Notes: generated by a model not told the origin, from the letters alone. A stretch of 64,000 nt of DNA from Candidatus Aminicenantes bacterium (GCA_963715635.1 OY970261.1:1994471-2058470), one strand, 5' to 3'. Counted from the first letter of the stretch, positions 1 to 10,670 are shown. Program-made: numbers and translations.

Positions 1-2985
1 GAATTCCGCCTCGAATTGAAAATCCTGGATGGCGGGCGCCCGGAGTTTAGCTTTAGAAGAATCCAACCCCAGCGCTTTCCAGTCGATCATCAATTTGCAC
101 ATGACCGGCATTCGAGCCCAGCTGGCGAGGGAAACGAGCGCCTTGCCTTTTTTCACGTAGGCTGTGGCCAGAACGTCCGGATGATCTGTTTTGATGGGAC
201 AGGAATCTGCCCAATAGCCGACCATTCGGGAATCCTGCATCCCGAAATCATCCCAGATTTTCCAGATCCGGGCCGGGTCGTTTCCGGACCAGGGAAGGCG
301 GTTGGTCATGCCATAAATCATTCCGCGCCACGGGTTGCCGCCATCCTGGAGCATCTCCCCCATTAGACCAAAGGGGATGCCGGAGATCTCGATCAACCAG
401 TAATCGGGAGGCGAATTGAAGTAATCAAAATATTCGCCGAACCAAAGCCGGTTGATGTAGGGAAAATGCTCCAGATACAGGTTAGCGCTCGAGGCAAAGC
501 CATCCCTGGGATTGTACTGACTGGCCGAGTGGAGGTCGATGAGGGCGCCGGGCCTCGTCCGGTCCAGGACCTTTCTCACCCGTTTCATCGTGGTCCGGTC
601 GAATGCGACGTCGTCGATATACAGCCCATCGATCCCCACGTTCTTGGCCAGCCAGTTCAGCCCTTCCAGATAATAGTTGTGCCAGCGAGACATGCCGCTG
701 TTGATGATGGCCGCGTCTTTGAGCTGAGGCACAAACCAGGCGGCAATATAGTCGGACCCGACATGTTCCTGAAGCCAGGAATATCCTCCGCCGGGGCCGC
801 GCGAGAAAATTTCGCTGCCCAAACTGCGCAAAGCAAAGAGCTCGGCCGCCCGGTTGGACAGTTCGCGGATCGTGTTGTAGATCTTGACCTTGAACCCGCG
901 CCGGTGCGCCTCGTCGATGTAGGCCTTCATCTCTTTTGACCGCAGGAAAGGATAGTTGATATAGGGGTTGATGTTGTTGGCGTGGTGGATATTGATCGTG
1001 TTGGCGCCCGTTCGGGCTATCTCGTCCAGGGTTCTAAAGGCATGGATGAATCGCGTTAACCACTGAGCGTTCGTATCGATGGTTTTGAACGGCGTCAACA
1101 GGAGAGTGAAATCAAAATGCAATTCGTCGCCGGGCCTAAGCGTGCGCGGCCCGCTCGAAGCGGTGAACAGGACCACGCCGCTGCCCGATTCTTTCACCCG
1201 GCAGCCGCCTTTGCCGCCGTTCGACCAGGACGGAGGCATGTTCAGCGGCTTGCTCAGATAAAAATTCGTGTTCAGCGGACGGGAATAGTTTTCCGCCCGC
1301 AGGGAGCATTGCAGGCCCGCGCTGACGTCGCCGATCCAGAGCGCATCCTGGTTTTTCCTCTGGTCCCAAGACCACTCGAATTCGGGGGGGCGGAGACCGC
1401 CCTTGAAGCCGAGTCCCATCATATATTTGGCGGCATTCTTCGATATGGGGATCTCCAGCCGAATGTCCTTGACGTCCAGCGGCTTGACCGCGCTCAGTTT
1501 GACCTTGAATTCGATATAGCCGTCCATCTCCATCTGAGCCCGGCATTCCATGGTCACGGCCTCGCAAATATTTTTTGATTCCCAGGCCACGGCTCCGGGC
1601 TTCTGTTTGGTGAACGCAAAGCCGGCCTCTTTCCAGGACAGAATCGCCCCGGCGGAGTCTTCGAGGGCCAATTGGACAGGGCTGGCCAGGACATCCCGGC
1701 CCTTTTCCACAAGGCGGGTCACGTCGGATGCAAAAAAGCTCTGGATGCGCTGGGGAAAACCGGAAGGCCCGAGGGTAACACTCCGTCCCAGGCAGCTGAC
1801 TGTGTTTCCTCGGACCGCGAGCTGCGTAAACGGCGCCACGACCTCATCATCAAAAGCGATGCGCGAATCCAGCCAGCGCAGTCGTGACTGCCGCCCGGGC
1901 TCACTGTCCCCCGCGTCAAGAAGGGCGTCGTTTCCGACTTTGAGGGATATCCTAACCTGTCGCTCTGCAATTCCCGTTGGGGAAACACTCACCGTCCCTT
2001 CATAAAGTCCCGGCCGGCAATCCCCTGGAACCTGGACGCCGCACCAAAAGGCCTGGATTTTTCCCTTTTCAACAGCGCAGACTTTTTGGAGCGGCTCACC
2101 GTTCCAATCGATGCCGCCGGTATTGACACATCGGAGAGCAGACGCAGGAATCGAGACTCCCGCTTCCGTATTTTTCAGATCGCTGAAGCGAACCGCCAAA
2201 TCCGGAATCGCTTGCCGGCAGGCATAGACGCCGATCTGAAAGGCGTAGAATTCGCCGCGCGCCGCTTCGCCGCGGAATATTTTCTGGGGACCGGTTTGGG
2301 CCCATCGGAGGGGCAAATCGTCAGCCATGCGGATGGGATACTTGCGGTCCTCCGGAAACAAAAGGAACGGCTCACTGGAATACCTGCCCAGGAGGGCATG
2401 CGTCTCTCCGGCCATAGCGATAACTTCCATGGGATAAACGCTGCTAAACTCATCGACGGACTGGAACTCGACAACCTTCGCCTCGGGAAATTTCTTGAGC
2501 TCGTTCACAGAAAGGCCTTTGGCGGCCAGGCCGTTGCGGACGAGCCAGGCCGTCTCTGCGGTCAGCTCGGGCTCGAGATATTTGGCATTGGGATAATTCC
2601 TGCCGCCAGCGAGTCGATAAGGCATATAGTAAAGGAAATAATCCGCCGGAACGGCGGAAGGCTGAAAGATAATCTCCCCGAACTCCCTGTTTATATCCAC
2701 AGCCAATACATTTTTCAGGCGAAAGCCCGACTTGGCATCAAACACCAGGATCCGTTTCTTTTCCGGCTGCAGATCCCTTCTCCGCCAGGAAACATGGGCC
2801 CGGACGGCATCGGCCTTGGCCTCGACCCGGAGAACGGCGCGCTGGTTGCCGAGCTCATCGCCATTCCACTCCCCCGTCTTGTAGGGAATCTCCTGACTGA
2901 ATAACAGACAGCAAAATTGCAGGGCCATCCCTAGCCAGACCCGTCTTCGAACCAAAGCTCTTTTTCTCTCCGCCAACATGTCCAT
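1..2985 (-). CDS. DUF6067 / glycoside hydrolase family 123-like secreted protein (3' end runs off window)
   Basis: Absent from the ORF track because there is no stop in the window. Read manually: GAGGAG RBS, ATG at 2985, MDMLAERKRALVRRRVWLGMALQFCCLLFSQEIPYKTGEWNGDELGNQRAVLRV...WRRRDLQPEKK; C-terminal part has LPYINRLWFGEYFDY, YWLIEISGIPFGLMGEMLQDGGNPWRGMIYGMT; frame is sense-coding at position 1. Confidence 0.75.
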   Translation of the reverse strand, partial: MDMLAERKRALVRRRVWLGMALQFCCLLFSQEIPYKTGEWNGDELGNQRAVLRVEAKADAVRAHVSWRRRDLQPEKKRILVFDAKSGFRLKNVLAVDINREFGEIIFQPSAVPADYFLYYMPYRLAGGRNYPNAKYLEPELTAETAWLVRNGLAAKGLSVNELKKFPEAKVVEFQSVDEFSSVYPMEVIAMAGETHALLGRYSSEPFLLFPEDRKYPIRMADDLPLRWAQTGPQKIFRGEAARGEFYAFQIGVYACRQAIPDLAVRFSDLKNTEAGVSIPASALRCVNTGGIDWNGEPLQKVCAVEKGKIQAFWCGVQVPGDCRPGLYEGTVSVSPTGIAERQVRISLKVGNDALLDAGDSEPGRQSRLRWLDSRIAFDDEVVAPFTQLAVRGNTVSCLGRSVTLGPSGFPQRIQSFFASDVTRLVEKGRDVLASPVQLALEDSAGAILSWKEAGFAFTKQKPGAVAWESKNICEAVTMECRAQMEMDGYIEFKVKLSAVKPLDVKDIRLEIPISKNAAKYMMGLGFKGGLRPPEFEWSWDQRKNQDALWIGDVSAGLQCSLRAENYSRPLNTNFYLSKPLNMPPSWSNGGKGGCRVKESGSGVVLFTASSGPRTLRPGDELHFDFTLLLTPFKTIDTNAQWLTRFIHAFRTLDEIARTGANTINIHHANNINPYINYPFLRSKEMKAYIDEAHRRGFKVKIYNTIRELSNRAAELFALRSLGSEIFSRGPGGGYSWLQEHVGSDYIAAWFVPQLKDAAIINSGMSRWHNYYLEGLNWLAKNVGIDGLYIDDVAFDRTTMKRVRKVLDRTRPGALIDLHSASQYNPRDGFASSANLYLEHFPYINRLWFGEYFDYFNSPPDYWLIEISGIPFGLMGEMLQDGGNPWRGMIYGMTNRLPWSGNDPARIWKIWDDFGMQDSRMVGYWADSCPIKTDHPDVLATAYVKKGKALVSLASWARMPVMCKLMIDWKALGLDSSKAKLRAPAIQDFQFEAEF

Positions 2986-2997
2986 CGGAATTCTCCT

Positions 2998-5388
2998 CTA
3001 GTTCTTGCAGACGATCTCGTTGATCGACCAATGGCGGGCTTCATGAGGGCGGGTCAGCGTGATCCTCAGGTAGCGGATCAGGCACGTTTCGAAACGAATC
3101 TCCACTTTGTATTTGGAAAAGTCCTCGATCATCGACCGGTCCAACGGCGGGAAAAACGAAGGATTTTCGCGAAGCGTCGTCCACTGTGTCCCATCCAAAG
3201 ATCCTTCCACGACGAAACTCCTGGGAAAATCCAAGGGGTTGTTGTTCAGCAACAGCTCGACCTGCCGCAGACGAAGCGGCGAGCCAAGGTCGAGTCGAAA
3301 ATAATCGCCCTGGCGCTGGGGATAGCCGGTGGACCAGCCGGTATTCAAGTCGCCGTCAAAGGCCTGCGCGGCCAAAAGCTTGTTCAAGTTGGCCTCGGCT
3401 TTCCATTTCGTCCGGTCGCCGACTTTGACCAGCTGTTCCTCGTCCTGCCTCTTGGTGGCGACCGGGAACCGCCTGATCAAGAAATCCCCGTCGCTTTGGG
3501 CGACCAGCTCCACGCGGCTGGCAAAATTCCGGAGCCGCCGGACGATCTCTTTCCCCTTTTCCGGACGGTATCCCTGCGTATGGACCAGCAGATATTCGAC
3601 CGCTAGGCCGTTCAAAAGCTCAAATGTGGATTCTGAGGGAAATTGCTCCATGGCTTCCCGGATTATGCGATAACCCGGCGGAGCATACCCGCTGTATCCG
3701 TTGACGATATTCTTCCAATGATAGATCGAATAATATACCGCGGCTGCATCCTCGAACTCTTCCCAATCATGGGCAGGCATGGGAAGCTCGACGAGCGATG
3801 CCTCCTTGGGCAGCTCCCGGACCGCCGCATAAATTTTGGGGATGCGCCTTCCAATATTCACCTTGGCCAGAGGCAAGGGGAACGAAGCATAGTCAGTCAG
3901 AATCAGGAGAGCTATTATTCCCATCCCGATCATTCGAACCCGCGGACGTTTCCATTTTTCCAAAAAGAACAAAACGCCCCAACCGCTTAAGACGGCCAGG
4001 CCCAGCATCATGAGAACAGCAAAGCGGCTTGGGACTCGCAGGTTCTGGAAGCCGGGCACCCAGCTGTAGAACAGGCCGTATACCCCGCCGATGATCTCCC
4101 GGCCAAGAAGTTTGGCGACCGGCCCGAGAGAAAGCAGCCAGGCAACAACGGCGACGAACAGGTAAAATTTCTGGGGAGGGCTCGCGGCCCGGAAGAAATT
4201 GGCCCAACGGACCCTGAGAGTCGTGTCGAGCAAGACCCTCAAAAGAAGCGAAATCAAAAGTATCAAGACTGGATTTCTTAGCTGATGGACGGAAACATGA
4301 AGCCCGCCCAGCTTCCATTCGAACCCGCCCGTGACTCCGACGATAACGGCAAAAACAAACAGCAGGAGATTCAAAACGTCCCACCAAATCAAGCGCCGCT
4401 TTGGGCTGCCTGTTTGGAGCGAGCCTGCACTCCTGATTTTTTTTGTTCTTCGCCACCAAAAGAACGTCAAAGCGATGGGCACGAAGCCCGGATAGAGCTG
4501 CCATTCCTGCGCTCCCAGCGTTCCCGTCAGCCATCCCCAGGGCACATTCCAGGCGGGCGCAGCCAGGAAATGCTGAAGTTCCGCAGAATAAAACTTCACT
4601 TCCCACAACGGCCTCGAAAATAGCATCCTCGCATGAAGCTTGAAATAAGAATAGAAATACGGAAAAAGCAGGGCAGCGCACAAAGCAGCGAGCAGGGCCA
4701 TTTTCGCCCAAAAGGACCCGCTTCGCCAAACTCCCTGTTTCAGGACAAGATAAAGGAACAAAAATCCAACAAAAAGCGTCAAGTGCTCACCATAATAGCT
4801 ACAACTGAAGACCTGGAGCAGGTAGAAGAAGGCCACCCCCAGGATATTTCGGACGGTCGGGTTCTCAAAAAAACGGTGGATGAACAGAAAGCACAGCGGC
4901 ATCCAGGCAAAATAGAGAAGCTCCAGGTGGCTGATATGGGCGAACCGGTAAGGGAAAAAGGCAAAAACCAGGCCGGCCGCAAAGCCCGCCGCCCGCGAAG
5001 CTGTCAGATGCCTCACCAGATAATACATGCCCAGCCCGCAGAAAAAAAATGACAATATGAAAAGAACATTATAGGTTAGGACCGGATTGCGGCTGAGGAG
5101 TAGGACGGGAGACCCAAGAAGGGCCTCGGCGGGAAGGCTGTCGCCGTAATACAGGGTGCTGCGGTGGGGATAAAAGATATTCGCATCCGCAATTTGCGCA
5201 AACCCGGAACCCGCCGCGCGGACCTCCCAAGACAACAGCCAGACGGTATATAGAGGGTCCCTGAGGTCGGATGGGACATGATCTTCCATATGAAAAAGCA
5301 AGGGGTAGGTCATGGCCAAAGAAAGGAGCATTAGGAGCAAGACAACAGCCCAATCCTTTTTTCCTGCTTTTAAAACCACCCGATTCAT
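2998..5388 (-). CDS. GT-C fold (YfhO/PMT-like) integral membrane glycosyltransferase with C-terminal F5/8 type C (CBM32/discoidin) domain
   Basis: 796 aa; DLRDPL in first loop, many TM helices, RVPSRF motif, VNGYSG, C-terminal AFDGDLNTGWST...FRLDLGS...SLDGTQW...RYLRI..WSINEI. Confidence 0.75.
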   Translation of the reverse strand: MNRVVLKAGKKDWAVVLLLMLLSLAMTYPLLFHMEDHVPSDLRDPLYTVWLLSWEVRAAGSGFAQIADANIFYPHRSTLYYGDSLPAEALLGSPVLLLSRNPVLTYNVLFILSFFFCGLGMYYLVRHLTASRAAGFAAGLVFAFFPYRFAHISHLELLYFAWMPLCFLFIHRFFENPTVRNILGVAFFYLLQVFSCSYYGEHLTLFVGFLFLYLVLKQGVWRSGSFWAKMALLAALCAALLFPYFYSYFKLHARMLFSRPLWEVKFYSAELQHFLAAPAWNVPWGWLTGTLGAQEWQLYPGFVPIALTFFWWRRTKKIRSAGSLQTGSPKRRLIWWDVLNLLLFVFAVIVGVTGGFEWKLGGLHVSVHQLRNPVLILLISLLLRVLLDTTLRVRWANFFRAASPPQKFYLFVAVVAWLLSLGPVAKLLGREIIGGVYGLFYSWVPGFQNLRVPSRFAVLMMLGLAVLSGWGVLFFLEKWKRPRVRMIGMGIIALLILTDYASFPLPLAKVNIGRRIPKIYAAVRELPKEASLVELPMPAHDWEEFEDAAAVYYSIYHWKNIVNGYSGYAPPGYRIIREAMEQFPSESTFELLNGLAVEYLLVHTQGYRPEKGKEIVRRLRNFASRVELVAQSDGDFLIRRFPVATKRQDEEQLVKVGDRTKWKAEANLNKLLAAQAFDGDLNTGWSTGYPQRQGDYFRLDLGSPLRLRQVELLLNNNPLDFPRSFVVEGSLDGTQWTTLRENPSFFPPLDRSMIEDFSKYKVEIRFETCLIRYLRITLTRPHEARHWSINEIVCKN

Positions 5389-5400
5389 TTTAAAAATGAT

Positions 5401-6126
5401 TTATTCAAGCGAAACTAAGCGCTTGAGATGCCGGACTTCGTTCCTAGTTAACAGCCTCCATTTTCCGGACGGAAGGTGCTCCAGCTGGAGGCCGGCAAAG
5501 GCGACTCTTTTCAGCCATAAAACGCGGTGCCCGACCGCCTCGAACATCCTCCGGACCTCGCGCTTTCGTCCCTCATGGACCTCCACCTGGAGAACGCTCG
5601 TCTGAGGATTATGCTCGAGCGGAGAAATCTTGGCCGGCGCCGTTTTTCGGCCGTCCAAAAAAATCCCATTCTGAAGCTTTGAAATTTCCCCGGGGGGAAT
5701 ATCCCCGGCGACGCGGACGAGATACGTTTTCTTCACTTCATACCGGGGATGGGTCAGCCGGAAGGCCAATTCTCCATCATTGGTCAAAAGGAGCAGCCCT
5801 TCGCTGTCCTGGTCCAGCCTGCCCACTGGAATAACGCCCCTTTCGAGTCGCGGAATTAATTTTCGGATGGTCGGCCTCCGGAACGGATCGTTCAGCGTCA
5901 CTAAGAAGCCCGCCGGTTTGTTCAGCATGCCATAGACAAAGGTCCTCTCAGTCCGGACCTTCTTGCCGTCCACGTCGACCCGGTCTTCGATATCATCGAC
6001 TTTGACACCCAGGTCTTCGACGACCTGGCCGTTGACCGCGACGCGGCCTTGGCTGATCAGCTCGTCCGCTTTCCGCCGAGAAGCGATCCCCCTCTGGGCC
6101 AAAAATTTGTTGAGCCGGATCTGCAT
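5401..6126 (-). CDS. rluB: rRNA pseudouridine synthase (RsuA/RluB family)
   Basis: S4 domain RLNKFLAQRGIASRRKAD; LNKPAG; catalytic GRLDQDSEGLLLLTNDG; EGRKREVRRM. Confidence 0.88.
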   Translation of the reverse strand: MQIRLNKFLAQRGIASRRKADELISQGRVAVNGQVVEDLGVKVDDIEDRVDVDGKKVRTERTFVYGMLNKPAGFLVTLNDPFRRPTIRKLIPRLERGVIPVGRLDQDSEGLLLLTNDGELAFRLTHPRYEVKKTYLVRVAGDIPPGEISKLQNGIFLDGRKTAPAKISPLEHNPQTSVLQVEVHEGRKREVRRMFEAVGHRVLWLKRVAFAGLQLEHLPSGKWRLLTRNEVRHLKRLVSLE

Positions 6127-6690
6127 TTAAAAATAAACGTTCAGGCCGGCGCAGAAGGTAAAATCACCCAGCCCCAGCTGGATGCTCTTAATATTCACGG
6201 TGACTTTGTGGTACTTCCCTTCGGCTAGGATGGAAAACTTGTTGCCCAGCATGATCTCGAGCCCCGCACCGAAATTCCAGCCTCCTTCGGTGTCTTTGTT
6301 GATGTTGTGGATGTCCGCGGTGTAATAGCCGTAGCCGGCGGTCAGATAGGGATGCAGCATGGCCAGCGCAAAAATACATCTCAGGTTGAGGCCAATATAG
6401 CTGTAACTGTTTGTCTTGCCATCCCAGTTGAAAAGAAAATAGTCCTCCATCTTGATATTGTGGTCAGCCGTGAAATAATTGAGCTCGGCGGCGAACATCA
6501 GGAACTTGATCCCGGCATGGAGCCCATACAGGAACGTCGTGGTCGTATCGAATTGCACGCCTTCGAAGCTCGGCTTTTGGGCCGACACGCCGCCATACCC
6601 GCCGAGATAAATCCCGACCTGGGAGTAGGCGGTCGCGGTCAGCGTTACTAAAAGAATCAGGGCCCACACAGGAACCGTCCATTTTTTCAT
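6127..6690 (-). CDS. outer-membrane beta-barrel (OmpA/OMP_b-brl-like) protein
   Basis: Signal peptide, amphipathic beta strands, PYLTAGYG, C-terminal Phe (GLNVYF). Confidence 0.75.
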   Translation of the reverse strand: MKKWTVPVWALILLVTLTATAYSQVGIYLGGYGGVSAQKPSFEGVQFDTTTTFLYGLHAGIKFLMFAAELNYFTADHNIKMEDYFLFNWDGKTNSYSYIGLNLRCIFALAMLHPYLTAGYGYYTADIHNINKDTEGGWNFGAGLEIMLGNKFSILAEGKYHKVTVNIKSIQLGLGDFTFCAGLNVYF

Positions 6691-6864
6691 TGACTTCTCC
6701 TTCGTCCAAGCATCGATTCTTCTCTTTATATTGGTCGAGGCTTGGCCAAGATTTTGATCATCTTCTTCAACGCACTTCCATTTTGTTCACTTCCTCAGCT
6801 CTTGTCAAGAAAACTCATTCTTCTCTTCTTCGTATAGAATAGTGTAGAATAGTGGGCTTGAACT

Positions 6865-8100
6865 ATGGCGAGAATCAACCTGGGCGAGTCGTTCGGGATG
6901 GCCATGGGATCTCTGTGGTCGAACAAGCTGCGGACGTTTCTGACCCTGCTGGGGATCATCATCGGCGTCTTGACCATTATTTCCGTCGTCTCGGTCATCC
7001 AGGGCCTGAATAACTACGTCTACACGAAAATGTCTTTTTACGGGGCTAATGACTTCTCCGTCTCCAAATTCAGCATGATCGGTTCCTCGCTCAAAGACTT
7101 CAAGGAGCAGCTGAAAAGAAAAGACATCACGCTCGACGAGATGCTCCTTCTCCGGAGCACCTGCCAAACCTGCCAGCTCGTCGGCGCGACCGCCAGCACG
7201 AGCCGGACCGTCAAGTACGGAAACGAGCAGGTCAAAAGCGTGGAAGTCCGGGGCGTGACCTATCTCGATCACATGATCGGCTCGGTCCTGGAGCTCGATC
7301 GGGGACGGCACATTCAAAAAGATGACGAAGATCATTCCCGCTATGTCTGCGTGATCGGCGCCGACATCACCGAGAAGCTCTTCCCCTATCTTGACCCTCT
7401 GGGCCGATGGATCAAGGTCGGCAACCAGAATTTCCAGGTCGTGGGCATCGGGAAAAAGCTGGGGAAGGTCCTTGGATTTAGCCAGGACAACTTTGTCCGG
7501 CTTCCGATCACGACCTTTCTCAAGATCTATGGCTCCCGGCGCAGCATCAACATCAATATTCATACGGCCTCCCAGGAGATGATGCATGGCGCCCAGGAAG
7601 AGGTGCGGACCATTCTCCGGTCCGCCCGGAAGGTCACCTTTGACAAGCCGGATGATTTTTCCTTCCGGACTTCCGAAACATTCATCCAATTCTATAAGAA
7701 TGCCACCTCCGGCATCTATTTCGCCATGATCGGGATCGCCTCGATCGCCCTTCTGGTTGGAGGGATCGTCGTCATGAATATCATGCTGGTTTCGGTGACT
7801 GAGCGGACAAAGGAAATCGGCGTCCGGATGGCCATCGGGGCCCGCCGCAGGGACATCCTGTTCCAGTTCCTGATTGAATCATCGACGATCGCCGGGATTG
7901 GCGGCCTCATCGGCATCGTCTGCGGCCTTATCCTGGCCAAGGGCGTTTCGGCCTTGACCCCCCTGCCCTCGGTCGTCGATCCGTTCTCCGTCCTGATGGC
8001 TATCGCCATGTCCACGTCGCTGGGGCTATTCTTCGGCATCTATCCAGCCAACAAAGCCGCCAAGCTGGACCCGATCGAAGCCCTGAGGTCCGAACAATGA
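6865..8100 (+). CDS. MacB/FtsX-family ABC transporter permease
   Basis: LRTFLTLLGIIIGV; VGGIVVMNIMLVSVTERTKEIGVRMAIGA; LDPIEALRSE. Confidence 0.92.
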   Translation: MARINLGESFGMAMGSLWSNKLRTFLTLLGIIIGVLTIISVVSVIQGLNNYVYTKMSFYGANDFSVSKFSMIGSSLKDFKEQLKRKDITLDEMLLLRSTCQTCQLVGATASTSRTVKYGNEQVKSVEVRGVTYLDHMIGSVLELDRGRHIQKDDEDHSRYVCVIGADITEKLFPYLDPLGRWIKVGNQNFQVVGIGKKLGKVLGFSQDNFVRLPITTFLKIYGSRRSININIHTASQEMMHGAQEEVRTILRSARKVTFDKPDDFSFRTSETFIQFYKNATSGIYFAMIGIASIALLVGGIVVMNIMLVSVTERTKEIGVRMAIGARRRDILFQFLIESSTIAGIGGLIGIVCGLILAKGVSALTPLPSVVDPFSVLMAIAMSTSLGLFFGIYPANKAAKLDPIEALRSEQ

Positions 8101-9347
8101 CCCTCAGACACGGCATCCTCAAAGAGATCTTCTCCATGGCCTTCGATTCCCTGAGAACCCATAAGCTGCGCTCGTTCCTGACGCTGCTGGGCATCATGAT
8201 CGGCGTCATGACCGTTATCGGAATGGTCTCCATCATCCAGGGACTCAATGCCTCTTTCCTGAAAGAGCTCGAGTCGGCCGGCTCGGACCTCATCCTGGTC
8301 CAGAAATACGAGCCCGTTCAAATGCGCGAGCTGACCGAGGAAGAGCGAAAGCGCAAAGACTTGACCTATGACGATGCCATGGCCATCGAGGAGGAGGCCC
8401 CTTTGGTCAAAGCGGTCGCCGTCAGCCTGTCGCCGTCTATATTTGGAAATATCGAGATTAAATATCAGAACCTGAAGAGCGACAGCTCTTTCCTTGCCGG
8501 CGTTAATGAGAAATATCCCGTCGTTTTTAATATTAATTTAAAGGAGGGCAGCCGGTTTTTTGCGGCATCCGAAATCAACCATAACAGCCGAGTCGCGATC
8601 GTCGGCTCTGAACTTGCCGACATCCTTTTTCCCCACCAGAATCCCCTGGGCAAAGAGATCCGGATCGGGCCGGAAAAATTCACGGTCATCGGCGTCTTTC
8701 AAAAAAGAGGAGAGATCTTCGGGCAGAGCCGGGATAATTTCGCCGTGATCCCCATCACCACCCTTATGAAATATTATCCTTATGACAAATCGAGCCTGTC
8801 CATCGGCGCCACTCCCAAAGAGCCCGGCACCATTCAGACGACGATCGAACAGATCGCGAGTGTACTCAGGCAGCGGCGGAAGGTCGGCTACGGCAAGCCC
8901 AACGATTTCGCCATCTTCACCCAGGATACGATGTTGGATCTCTATAATCAAATCACGGGCGCGGCGTATCTGGTGATGATCGTCATCTCCTCGATCGGGC
9001 TGCTCGTCGGCGGCATCGGGGTCATGAATATCATGCTTGTCTCGGTCAAAGAGCGGACCCGGGAGATCGGCATCCGGAAAGCGCTCGGAGCCAGGGCCAG
9101 TGACATCATGAAGCAATTCTTGATCGAATCCATGTTCCTGACCGGAATCGGCGGCATTCTGGGCACGCTGCTCGGCTTCGCCGTGGCCTTTCTTGTCAAG
9201 GCGGTGACACCCCTGCCCGCCTCGGTCACGCTCTGGTCGGTATTGCTCGGGTTGTTTGTATCAATCTCGGTCGGCCTGTTTTTCGGGATCTTTCCTTCTC
9301 AAAAGGCCGCCAAGTTCGACCCCATCGTCGCCCTCCGCTACGAGTAA
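8097..9347 (+). CDS. MacB/FtsX-family ABC transporter permease (paralog, ATGA-coupled)
   Basis: LRSFLTLLGIMIGV; VGGIGVMNIMLVSVKERTREIGIRKALGA; DPIVALRYE; 4-bp overlap with upstream gene. Confidence 0.92.
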   Translation: MTLRHGILKEIFSMAFDSLRTHKLRSFLTLLGIMIGVMTVIGMVSIIQGLNASFLKELESAGSDLILVQKYEPVQMRELTEEERKRKDLTYDDAMAIEEEAPLVKAVAVSLSPSIFGNIEIKYQNLKSDSSFLAGVNEKYPVVFNINLKEGSRFFAASEINHNSRVAIVGSELADILFPHQNPLGKEIRIGPEKFTVIGVFQKRGEIFGQSRDNFAVIPITTLMKYYPYDKSSLSIGATPKEPGTIQTTIEQIASVLRQRRKVGYGKPNDFAIFTQDTMLDLYNQITGAAYLVMIVISSIGLLVGGIGVMNIMLVSVKERTREIGIRKALGARASDIMKQFLIESMFLTGIGGILGTLLGFAVAFLVKAVTPLPASVTLWSVLLGLFVSISVGLFFGIFPSQKAAKFDPIVALRYE

Positions 9348-9465
9348 AATCCGGGATCAAAGCTACACCTTGGACACATCCGCTAGGAAGAAGAAACGGG
9401 TGTTTCAATTTTATCAAAAAAAGAAATATCCTTATGGCATTTGTCAAATGTGTAGCTTTGATCCC

Positions 9466-10659
9466 TTAGGAATGCTTGATAATATCCTCGACTTTGAGGA
9501 GGATGGCGGCCAAATCGGCGTCCGGCTCGCCGGCTATTTCGACGAGCGAGGAGCTCCCTCCCCCTTTTCCGTTTATCAAAGGGGCGACGATAGAAACAAG
9601 CGGGCGCATATCGAGCTTCAGGTTTCCCGATGCGGCCAGGATCAAGTGACTCCGGGCCTCGGACTTAGCGCCAAAGAGGACGATATAATCGCCCTGCTTG
9701 AGGATATTGAGGGCCAGGAATTTGGCAGCCTCGGGAATTTTTTCTGTGAAGACGTCCTTGATGACCCTCCCTTGGGCCTTTTTTATGAATTCTAGGGCTT
9801 CAAACTCGGCCAATTTCTCCTCGCTCTTTCTGGCCAGTTTTCGGACGGATTTTAAGTCCTCGGCGAGCTTCCCGACGGAAGAAGGGACATCCGCCTCTTT
9901 CACGCTGAACTGATTCGAAAGCTGCCGGACAATCGCGTTTTTCTGCCGATAATCCGAGAGCGCCCTCCAGCCGCAGACGAACTCGAAGCGGAGGTTGTTC
10001 CGGATCCGCTCCCATTGCGTCATTTTGATCAGCCCCACCTCGCCCGTCCTCCGGCAGTGTGTCCCACCGCAGGCCGAATAATCAAAGCCGTCCACTTCTA
10101 CGACGCGGATCAAACCCTCTTTTTTGGGGGGCTTGCGCAGTGGAATGCCGCCGATTTTTTCCTGAGCGCAGAAATACGTCTTGATCTCTCGGCCCTCGAA
10201 AATAATTTCGTTGGCCCGCCGTTCGATCCGGTTGAGCTCGTCGTCGTGAATCTTGACGATTCCGATCTCCACGGTCGAAACTTCGGCGCCGAGATGGAAC
10301 GACAGCGTCTCGCCCTTGACGATCTCATAAAACGCCTGGGACAAGATATGCTGACCGGAGTGCTGCTGCATGTGGTCAAAGCGCACGGCCCAGTCGATTG
10401 TCCCCGCAATTTGAGGAGCCGCGACATCTGTCTCCAAGACGTGGACGATCTTCTCCCCGTCTTCAAATATCTTGAGGACGGCCACCCCTTCGATTGTCCC
10501 TTTATCCGAGGGCTGCCCGCCGGATTCCGGGTAAAAACAAGTCTGGCTTAGGACAAGTGCCGGCCGGCCTTCCACAAGGGACCGCTCCACGACATCCGCC
10601 TGGAATTGCACCCGATAGGGATCTTCAAAATAAAGCCTTCGTGTTTCGTTCGAGTCCAT
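9466..10659 (-). CDS. alanyl-tRNA editing protein AlaX-L (tRNA_SAD + DHHA1)
   Basis: TRRLYFEDPY, FYPESGGQPSDKG, MQQHSGQH and ACGGTH zinc motifs, GKGGG; start reset to ATG 10659 (AAGGAAG RBS). Confidence 0.88.
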   Translation of the reverse strand: MDSNETRRLYFEDPYRVQFQADVVERSLVEGRPALVLSQTCFYPESGGQPSDKGTIEGVAVLKIFEDGEKIVHVLETDVAAPQIAGTIDWAVRFDHMQQHSGQHILSQAFYEIVKGETLSFHLGAEVSTVEIGIVKIHDDELNRIERRANEIIFEGREIKTYFCAQEKIGGIPLRKPPKKEGLIRVVEVDGFDYSACGGTHCRRTGEVGLIKMTQWERIRNNLRFEFVCGWRALSDYRQKNAIVRQLSNQFSVKEADVPSSVGKLAEDLKSVRKLARKSEEKLAEFEALEFIKKAQGRVIKDVFTEKIPEAAKFLALNILKQGDYIVLFGAKSEARSHLILAASGNLKLDMRPLVSIVAPLINGKGGGSSSLVEIAGEPDADLAAILLKVEDIIKHS

Positions 10660-10670
10660 CGCTTCCTTCC

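Noticed and set aside
16-2904. Many + strand ORFs (e.g. 2086-2904)
   Set aside because: All overlap the real minus-strand DUF6067 gene
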